Shown here one piece after another: positions 1-9,120 of a DNA stretch of 64,000 nucleotides (position 1 is its first letter; each line of letters opens with the position of its first letter). A model generated the notes under the pieces. The model did not search any database. It had not been told where the DNA came from and saw only the letters and a list, made by a program, of their open reading frames with translations. The translations under genes were made by a program, and so were the position numbers. Source of the stretch: Camelus dromedarius (Eukaryota); NCBI RefSeq assembly GCF_036321535.1, contig NC_087446.1:57660001-57724000 (forward strand), given 5' to 3'.

Positions 1-898
1 CCTTTCTGATGATCCTGACCTTCAGATTGTGATTTTCCTCTTTTTGTTTATCACATATGTATTAAGTGTCACTGGAAACCTCACTATCATCACCCTGACT
101 TTGCTGGACTCCCATCTACAGACGCCAATGTATTTCTTCCTCCGAAACTTCTCTTTCCTAGAAGTCTCCTTTACCACTGTATGTATTCCTAGGTTTCTGG
201 GGACAATTATCACCAGAGATAAGACTATTTCTTTTAACAGTTGTGCAGCTCAGCTATTTTTCTTTATATTCATGGGGGTGACAGAGTTTTACATTCTAAC
301 TGCCATGTCCTACGACCGCTACGTTGCCATCTGCAAGCCCCTTCATTATACAGCCATCATGAGCAGGAAAGTCTGCAGCCTGCTTGCACTATGTGCATGG
401 CTGGGTTCCTTTCTGACTGTTTTCCCACCTGTTGTGCTTCTCCTCCAGCTGGATTTCTGTGCCTCCAATGTCATTGATCACTTTGCATGTGACTATTTTC
501 CCCTTTTGCAATTATCTTGCTCAGATACGTGGTTCCTAGAAGTAATGGGATTTTATTTTGCTTTGGTTAGTTTGCTGTTCACCTTGGCATTAGTGATTTT
601 GTCTTATATGTACATCATCAGGACTGTTTTGAGAATCCCATCTGCCAGTCAGAGGAAAAAGGCTTTCTCCACGTGTTCCTCTCACATGATTGTCATTTCC
701 ATCTCTTATGGAAGCTGTATATTCATGTATGCTAATCCCTCGGCCAAAGAAAAGGCATCTGTCACTAAAGGGGTAGCTGTTCTCAACACGTCTGTTGCCC
801 CCATGCTCAACCCCTTCATTTACACCCTGAGAAACCAGCAAGTAAAACAAGCCTTCAAAGACATGGTCTATAAAGTAATATTTTCTGCCAAGAAATGA
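1..898 (+). CDS. OR6C3: Olfactory receptor 6C3-like, copy 1 (5'-truncated by window edge; about 38 nt missing; frame starts at base 2)
   Basis: OR motifs [43 protein letters not shown] and [12 protein letters not shown] are present. TGA at 896-898. Base 1 aligns to 19913 of the full-length copy (ATG at 19875). The protein closely matches my recollection of human OR6C3. Confidence 0.92.
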   Translation, partial: LSDDPDLQIVIFLFLFITYVLSVTGNLTIITLTLLDSHLQTPMYFFLRNFSFLEVSFTTVCIPRFLGTIITRDKTISFNSCAAQLFFFIFMGVTEFYILTAMSYDRYVAICKPLHYTAIMSRKVCSLLALCAWLGSFLTVFPPVVLLLQLDFCASNVIDHFACDYFPLLQLSCSDTWFLEVMGFYFALVSLLFTLALVILSYMYIIRTVLRIPSASQRKKAFSTCSSHMIVISISYGSCIFMYANPSAKEKASVTKGVAVLNTSVAPMLNPFIYTLRNQQVKQAFKDMVYKVIFSAKK

Positions 899-911
899 AT
901 TTTTTGACAAA

Positions 912-917
912 AATAAA
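912..917 (+). terminator. Candidate proximal polyadenylation signal (AATAAA) of OR6C3-like copy 1
   Basis: AATAAA lies 14 nt after the stop. It is retained in the minus-strand copy and reads AATGAA in copy 2. Confidence 0.3.
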
Positions 918-1593
918 GGACACTCTAAAGAGCTATTAGGTTAAATCTTGGAATTCCTGAATGTCATACAACTATGCTTGCTATTTATAGTCTCTTTAGT
1001 TGCTTTATGCCCACGGTACAGTTAATGTATTTTCCCAGTCCATTTCTTCCACTTCCGTGCCTAAGTTTCTCCAGTGCATTGTTCATTGACATTTAAAAAT
1101 ATAAGAAAGGTTATTTCTCCTACAGAATTTTCTGGAAATGAAATGTATTTCTTTAAAACATACTTTACAGTCTGAGGTAGAATATAATTTTAATTCTTTT
1201 AAGTATCAGTCCCTAAAAGGATCCTATGATTTCACATTGTAGTTCAAATGTAGAGTTCCAGAATTAATGTCTAATTTGTTGTGTATTTTGAAGATGAACA
1301 TTGATAATATGTTGAGGAGTAAAGACTGAATATGTTCGTATTATTATATATTAATTTCAGTCCAAAGAAATAATATGTACTATAATATTGCACATTAAAT
1401 GTAGAGTTTTATACTTTGTTAAATTTAGTGCTTATTTTCAAGATAAACACTGTTCATTATATTGTGTAATATTTATATAATTTCTGTATTTTCTGTTTTC
1501 TATCATTTTTATAAAATATTTATATTAAAAAATTCAAAAGAAATGCAATAAAACTTAAAACACTGCCACTTTCCTGAAGTCAAGGATCATCTT

Positions 1594-2640
1594 TATGAGT
1601 TATTTTGATTTCTTTGTCAGGTGTTCATCCATCTCCATTCCTTTAGGGTCTGTTTTTAGAGATTTATTCATTTGTTTCATTGGGACATTTTCCCCTTTCA
1701 CCTGTTTCTTCATGTTCCTTATAACGTGGTGTTGTTGCTTACAATTTGACAAAACAGCCACATCTCTCAGCTGTTTTAGACTGGATTTGTAAAGGCAAGA
1801 CCTTCCCCATTCTGTCCACTAGAAATTCTGGGGACTGCTCAAATCTTTTGTGAGGATGTGTCTTCTCAGATTTGTGTTTGGAGATTTCTAATCGGAAGAT
1901 TTTTGCCCATTTTATGCAGCAGTAACCTATAATCTCTTGCTCTGTTTCTGTCTGCTGTAACTCAGTTGCTTGAAGAAGTCACACAGCTCTTTTTGTTCTC
2001 AGCAGCCTCTGGGCATCTAGAGCATGTGAGGTACCATAAGGGCCCCAAGATGGGCTAGAGAGACAGCAGTCCTCCAGCAGGCCCTGAAGAGCCCAGATGT
2101 GGGGCACGTGCTCCACATTTCTTCCTTACGCTGAGGGAGAGGTCACTGAGTGTTGTTTGCCTCAGACTACTAGAAATTGGTCTGCTGGTATGTACGATTT
2201 TCAAAAGGATCCTCTTATACTATTATAAAACATACTTTCTTTAAATTAAATCATTGTAAATTACTTGAGCTTCACTTCATAGCCTAGAATATGGCCAGAG
2301 TTTTGTAAACACTTCTTGTGAATTGGAAAATTATATGTAATGGTGAGTGCAGTGTTCTATTTGAGTCCGCTCGTCTATTTGAGTTCATTAATCACATGAT
2401 TTAAATCTCTACTTCTACTGTTTGTGTTATTAATGAGTTCTTTAAATCTTCCAAAGCGTCTCTGTAGTTCTTTTGTTCTCTTTGTAGCAATGTTTTTATT
2501 TTTAAAAATATTAACTCTGTTTTTATGCAGATGCAAATTGGGATTGTTACTTTTTATTGGACATAACTTTTTATCATTAAGAAAAACCATTGATTCCTCT
2601 CCATGTGAAGTATACTTTTTTCTGTAACATTTACCTTGAC
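1594..2640 (-). mobile_element. Ancient L1 (L1M-type) 5' region/ORF1-to-endonuclease fragments
   Basis: T-rich antisense L1-like sequence (gatttctttgtcaggtgttcatccatctcc..., ctatttgagtcc...aaatctctacttctactg). Paralogues at about 21505-22540 and 57300-58360. Confidence 0.6.
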
Positions 2641-4097
2641 TAATACTGCTATAGTTCTACTAGCACTTAAAAATCTATGTAGTTTACATGGCATATATTT
2701 TCTCTATCAGTCATTTACTTATGAGTGGATGCTAGCCTATTGTGCAGAACGTCTGTCACCAGGTGCATATCTTTGTACGTTGGTCAGCTAGTTATTAGGT
2801 ACTCTCAATAGTGCCGTACGTATGGACAGAGGAAGAGGATGTAATGCAGGAGAAATTGGTTTTGAAGACGTCTGAGTCATCTGTTTCTAAGCTTTACTTC
2901 TGCCTTCTGGACCTGCTCAAGTCTGAGCTCCCAAGTACTATCTCCCTTTGATGATAGATCGCTGCTATAAATTACCAAGTTTATAAATTAGAAAGTCCAG
3001 TAACACTCTGTTGACTATGGGAACTCTAATGTAATGGTCAGTTGATGCTCTGTGGTTTGGCCTTTAGTCTCTACTAAGACCCAGTGGCAAGCTCAGGTTT
3101 GTTGTTTCAAAGGAGAATGTTTATCTGTAAAAGATTTTTCCATAATCAAAGTTTGTAGTTTGAATCTCCACCTGTGGGAAAGCGGAAGTGCCTTATAGCA
3201 TCCTCTTTGTCACTGAGACTTCAAATAGCACTGGAATTGCTGGGTCATTTGCCAAGGTGGAAGAGCACTAATACTAAAACCAGCACTAAATTTCATGTGG
3301 GAAACAGGCATGCAGTAATGATCAAGAGATCTTGAGAAACAAGGCCAGTATGAGAGGTTTAAGCATACAGATAAAATGTAGTATAAGGCTTGTATAGTGA
3401 AAACAGGTACTGAGGTAGGAAAAGAGAGAGAGATTATTAGAGTAAAATAAAGTAAGTGACACAATTCTCAGTATACCTATTTGCATAGTATTAACTTTTG
3501 AGATATTCTCATTGTTTCACGTATTTCAAAGATAAAATTAAATGGTCAAAAATGGGGAAAAACCTTAACACTGAATACACACAAGTGAATATAATTTTAA
3601 AATAAACATGAGCTTGTTGGGTGAAGAATAAAAAATTGATACAAGTAGGTTTTCAAGATAGCATTTTGAACAGACCATCAGTAGGACAAGGTTTGCAAAG
3701 AAGAATGAACTTTTTTAGTACGTTTGTTTTTATACTTGCAGTGTCACAATTCAGAAACTGTGTGTATTGTGGAATTGAGTGACTGATAGGATAATAGGTT
3801 TGTTGGAGCCAGGTTTCTCACTGCAGAGAAAGAGGCACAATGTGATATAAGAGAGGAAGTTGAAAAATCCTGTGTTATTGGACTGGAATAAGAATGGTGT
3901 GAGTCAATTCCTTTTCCAAATATATTTCCTTTCTCTATTTCCTGCAAGCTCCAGGGAATAATGATAACTCGATAGCAAGAACCATACAAACCGTCCAGAT
4001 CTTGAACTCAGAGTACTATTTCTCGCTGAAAATAACTTCTGAGAACTGGAGAAATGGTTGACTCCAGGTGGATTCCAGGACTCAACATTGTAGCAAC

Positions 4098-4930
4098 NNN
4101 NNNNNNNNNNNNNNNNNNNNNNNNNNNNNNNNNNNNNNNNNNNNNNNNNNNNNNNNNNNNNNNNNNNNNNNNNNNNNNNNNNNNNNNNNNNNNNNNNNNN
4201 NNNNNNNNNNNNNNNNNNNNNNNNNNNNNNNNNNNNNNNNNNNNNNNNNNNNNNNNNNNNNNNNNNNNNNNNTTACTGTATGACCCAGGAATCCCGCTCC
4301 TGGGCATATATCCAGAAGGAACCCTACTTCAGGANNNNNNNNNNNNNNNNNNNNNNNNNNNNNNNNNNNNNNNNNNNNNNNNNNNNNNNNNNNNNNNNNN
4401 NNNNNNNNNNNNNNNNNNNNNNNNNNNNNNNNNNNNNNNNNNNNNNNNNNNNNNNNNNNNNNNNNNNNNNNNNNNNNNNNNNNNNNNNNCATTTGCAGCA
4501 ACATGGATGTTCCTGGAGAATGTCATTCTAAGTGAAGTAAGCCAGAAAGAGAAAGAAAAATACCATATGAGATCGCTCATCTGTGGAATCTAAAAAAAAA
4601 AAAATAATAAAATAAAAACAAAAAAATAAAGCATAAACACAAAACAGAAATACACTCATAGACATAAAAGACAATCTTGTGGTTGCCAAGGCGGGCGGAG
4701 GGTTGGAAGGGACAGACTGGGATTTCAAAGTTGTAGAACAGATAAACAAGATTATACTGTATAGCACAGGGAAATATACATAAGATCTTATGGTAGCTCA
4801 CAGAGAAGAAATGTGACAATGAATATATATATGTTCATGTATAACTGAAAAATTGTGCTCTACAGTTGAATTTGACACAATATTGTAAAATGATTATAAA
4901 TCAATAAAAAATGTTAAAAAAAAAATAAGA
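4098..4930 (+). mobile_element. Young 5'-truncated L1 (ORF2 C-terminus + 3' UTR + poly(A)), partly N-masked
   Basis: ORF2 C-terminal peptides YDPGIPLLGIYP and FAATWMFLENVILSEVSQKEKEKYHM, then a 3' UTR, AATAAA and an A-tail ending near 4928. The paralogous site at about 55815-55845 is empty (aacattgaagcgac|aagaagagctgaagtatc on the minus strand). Confidence 0.9.
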
Positions 4931-5944
4931 TCTGGAGTATCTTATCATTCCAAAATATAAGTGCTCCGAAAATGTAGCCACATGTCAAAAGATAAAGATT
5001 CACTTAGAAGTTGTTCTCACTGACAATATCAAGACATTTGGAGCAATGAACTGAATGATGATAAAAATAGACAATAACACATTATGTAGAAAAACAATAT
5101 AAAAAGTGCATAAATTGATACTAGGATAAGAAAAGAAAATGCTTTTCTTTATGGTAAAATTCTAATAAATGTAGAAAGAGTAATAGATATAGAAAAATCA
5201 CCTTTGTTTTAATGTTATATTATTATATATTGCCATCAATAAATAGGTTAGAGAACAAATAATAAGGAATGATTACAATAAAAGTTTCTTAGGCAATATA
5301 ATATTCATACAGTCAAAATATCCCTGCACTACAGAGTAATTTTTAATTTCTCAGGGGGGAAAGTAGCTGTACATTGGAAAACTTTACAGTAGAGAACCAC
5401 ATTAATAAATAATAAATATTACCATTGCTGACAATCTAAAGCTGATGTGAAGTACCTCTTAATATGGTGTACTGAGATGCCTCAGTCCCACTGACTATTT
5501 GACTGTCCATGGACAGCTAAGGCACTGTCTCAGCTCTGTCTGGTAATGTAATTTGCCCTCCCCTTTTCTTCAAGATTGCCTTGGCAGTATTGTCTTTACT
5601 TTTTACTTAAGTTATGTGCCATCAAGTAAAATCCGAAGATAATAAATGTGTAACAATTTTAATTTTACATCAAAACAATATAAACACATGGAACCAACAG
5701 AAAGAACAAAAATCGATTATTCTCTGATACCCAGAAGCCCTAATCATGCTCCTATACTCGGAATATTTTCTTTGAACTCCTTCTTACTTAGGACTGATAC
5801 TGATTTTTAACTAAATAATTTTCTAGTGAGAAATGTTTTCAATTCTTTGACATTTTTGATGCTTGGATTATGAACCAGTTTATGATCCGGCATATGGTTA
5901 GTTTTGGTAGCTATTAAGTGTTCTTGAAAATAAAATAATGTAGG

Positions 5945-6130
5945 GAAGAGTGACATCAGCAAGGTGGCAGAATAGGGAGCTCCAACCCCCAGCCTTCATA
6001 TTCCAACAGAAACACCAATTTAATAACGGTCCATAGGAGAAAATACCTTTAGGAGTGCTGCAGAATCCAAGAGACAAGATAAAGCACATTGGTGGAGCAC
6101 AAAGAAGCATTGACAAAGCTGTGAGAAGAA
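5945..6130 (+). mobile_element. Old L1 5'-end fragment
   Basis: gaagagtgacatcagcaaggtggcagaatagggagctcc is a typical L1M 5' terminus. Paralogue at about 54620-54815 (-). Confidence 0.55.
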
Positions 6131-6139
6131 TAGTTTCAC

Positions 6140-8040
6140 TGTTTTTGTGAGGACTTGTCTTTAACTCCCTTGAGTAAATACCAAGGAGCATGGCTGCTGG
6201 ATTGAAGGGTGAGTGTGGTTACTTTTGGAAGAAACTGTCAAATTGCCTTCCAAAGTGGCTTTCCCATGTTGCATTCCTGTCAGTAGTGAATGAGACTGCC
6301 TGTTGTACCACATCCCCATCAGCACTGGATGTTGTCAGTTTTAGAATAGATTTGGCTGTTCTGATAGGTGGGCAGTGTAGTCTCCTTGTTTTAATTTGCA
6401 TTTCCCTGATGACTCATGGACATCTTTTTTTTTTCTTCCAGTTTTATTAGGTAGAATTATTACAGTTTAACTGCACATACACATTACATTGCATGTAAAT
6501 ACATATATATAATATACTGCACATATTTTTTTAGTTTACATATATGTACTGATCATTGCTTCTAAGAACAGATTAGAGCTTTAGCTTTTTAAACTTAACT
6601 AGTTATCAAAGGAACAAAGCCAACCACAAAGAAAGAATCAACAGAATGCAGTAATTTAATCATAAAGGACACTCAAATGTGTTTATACATATTCAAGAAA
6701 TCAACCATCTAAATTATAAATCATTAGTTCATTTGTCATCATCTTCTTCTTCTCCTCCTATTCCTACATACAAATGATATCATATGGCATTTTTCTTTCT
6801 GTTTCCAACCCACTTNNNNNNNNNNNNNNNNNNNNNNNNNNNNNNNNNNNNNNNNNNNNNNNNNNNNNNNNNNNNNNNNNNNNNNNNNNNNNNNNNNNNN
6901 NNNNNNNNNNNNNNNNNNNNNNNNNNNNNNNNNNNNNNNNNNNNNNNNNNNNNNNNNNNNNNNNNNNNNNNNNNGTAGATAGGATTCATGGACATCTTTT
7001 CATATGCTTATTTGCCATCTGTATATCTTCCTTGGGTAAGTGTCTGCTAAGATCTTTTGCTCCTTTGTTATTTGGGGTGTTTTGTTATTTTATTGATGAG
7101 TTTTAAGAATTCTTTGTATATTTTGGATAATAGTCCTTTATCAGATGTTTCTTTTTACAATACTTCTGTGGCTCTTCTTACAATTCTCTTGTCATTCCCT
7201 TTCACAGCAGGAGTTTTAAATTTCAATGAAGTTCATTTTATCCACTGTTTATTTTGTGGATCACACCTATTGGTGTTGTTTCTAAGAGGTCATTGCTATC
7301 CCCAAGATCATAAAGGTTTTATCCTATGTTATCTGCTTACCTTTTTCTAGTTTCCTGTTCTTTTCTAGTTTCCTGAGGTGGCAATTTAGATGATTAATTT
7401 TAGATTATTTGTATATTCTAATATGTTTATTCCATGTTATAAATTTATCTTTAAGCACTGTTTTTACTGTATCCCACAAATTTTGACAAGCTGTGTTTCC
7501 ACTTTTACTTACTTCAAAATATTTTAAAATTTATTCTGACACTACTTATTTGTTCCACGTATTATTTAGAAGCATGTTGTTTAATTTCCATGTATTTGGG
7601 GATTTTCTAGTTATGTTTTTGTTCTTGATTTATCGCTTAATTCCATTGCAGTTTGGGAGCAGACATTGTATTATTTCTATTTTAAAATTTTGTTTGGTGT
7701 ATTTGATGGCCCAAAATGCAGTCTCTCTTGGTAAATATTCCATGTGTGCTTGAGAAAAATGTGAATTTTGCTGTTATTGGGTGAAGTACCCTATAGATAT
7801 CAATTTTAACCCGTTGATTGATGACATTGCTGAGTTTATCAATGTCCTTAACTAATTTTCTAGTTGCTGCTGGGTATGTTCATTTCTGATGGATGAATGT
7901 TGACTTCTGCAACTGTAGTAGTGTATTCATCTGTTTCTTTTTGTAATTCTATTATTTTATACCTCACATAGTTTGATTATCTGCTGTTAGGTGCATAGTC
8001 ATTAGGAATTTTTAGGTCTTCTTCAAAAATTGACCCTTTA
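6140..8040 (-). mobile_element. Nested old L1 ORF2 fragments (3' part and endonuclease region), with a younger L1 3' piece at about 6770-6990
   Basis: Antisense L1 motifs (gaaactgtcaaattgccttccaaagtggc, tttcatatgcttatttgccatctgtatatcttcc, ggtaaatattccatgtgtgcttgagaaaaatgtg). Paralogue at about 52700-54610 (+). Confidence 0.75.
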
Positions 8041-8964
8041 TCAAAGAGCCGCTTTTATAGAGACATTTTATTTTATGAGAAAACAAAATATAACATTTAC
8101 ACATGAGATTCACTCATCCAAGGATTTTAGTCAGCAAGGAAAAAAAATGATCTATTCTCAGAGAAATCTTGGTTTAGGAATTTTAGGAAACCTCTTCTAA
8201 AACATTTCCATGTTTAGCTATTTCTTCATAGATAGTATGCAAAATATTCCATATGCTTCTGGCCTATTTCTTACACCCTCTTGTCTCAATGGACATTGTC
8301 CCCCAAGTTTCTTGTTTCAATGTTGGTACAAATGTTGATATCATGTTTATAATCCTTAGTGTGTTTTCCTCTTGGCCCCTGTTGACAGACTGAGTTCACT
8401 GGAGTATTTCCCATGAGCCTGGGCATACATGGTGGATAAAATAACACGTGGCTTATGCAGGTTATAATCAATGCAGAAATTGTATCCAGAAAGGCTCAAA
8501 GTAACTGCATTTCTTCTTCTTCCCTATTTTTGCTCCCATGGCTATAATGGAAAACATATCAAAGAAAATTAGAGACAGAAATTAATTCCAATGTATTGAT
8601 AGAGAGTGATTTTTAGAAATGCTAGATTTTTTAACTTAAAACTGAAATAGTTGATAGCATTTTTTAAAAGTAATTTCAACCATCTGCTATGATGTCTCTG
8701 TACAAATAGAGGTAAGATTATAAAGTTAAAGCCAGTGAAAACTTTCCTTTTCTTAGCTCTGATTTATTAATTCTTAGCTTAATTTTTCATCAAATTGACT
8801 TGAATAATGTGAGGTTGTTATTCCTTTCTGCATTATGAAAATTGAGCATGTTTATTTCCTGTTTGTCATAGTAATTGATTTCTTTATTAATTTTCAGAGA
8901 ATTACTCTCGTAGTTTGGGCCTCCTAATTGAATGTCAGTTTGATAAACAGCATATGATTTAGTT

Positions 8965-9120
8965 TCAGGCAGGAAGAGTTTAGAATTCCAGTTTCACCAT
9001 AACTAGCTGCATGATCTTGTTCATGTTATTTAACCTCTCAGTGTCAAAGTTTCTTCAAATGTAACAGTGTTATCATAATGAGTAGATGAGATAAGTATGT
9101 AAAACCTTAGCATTGTCTCT
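8965..9120 (+). mobile_element. MIR SINE (core)
   Basis: actagctgcatgatcttgttcatgttatttaacctctcagtgtc...taatgagtagatgagataagtatgtaaaaccttagcattgtc is a MIR core. Paralogues at about 27930-28088 (+) and 51610-51775 (-). Confidence 0.75.

Noticed and set aside
22-910. Antisense and alternative-frame ORFs overlapping OR genes (22-213, 241-477, 590-910, and equivalents at 12127-12536, 19934-20822, 31074-31352, 39785-40012, 46429-46710, 59027-59915)
   Set aside because: These are shadow ORFs of the OR coding sequence. They recur only because the OR genes are duplicated, and have no independent protein features.
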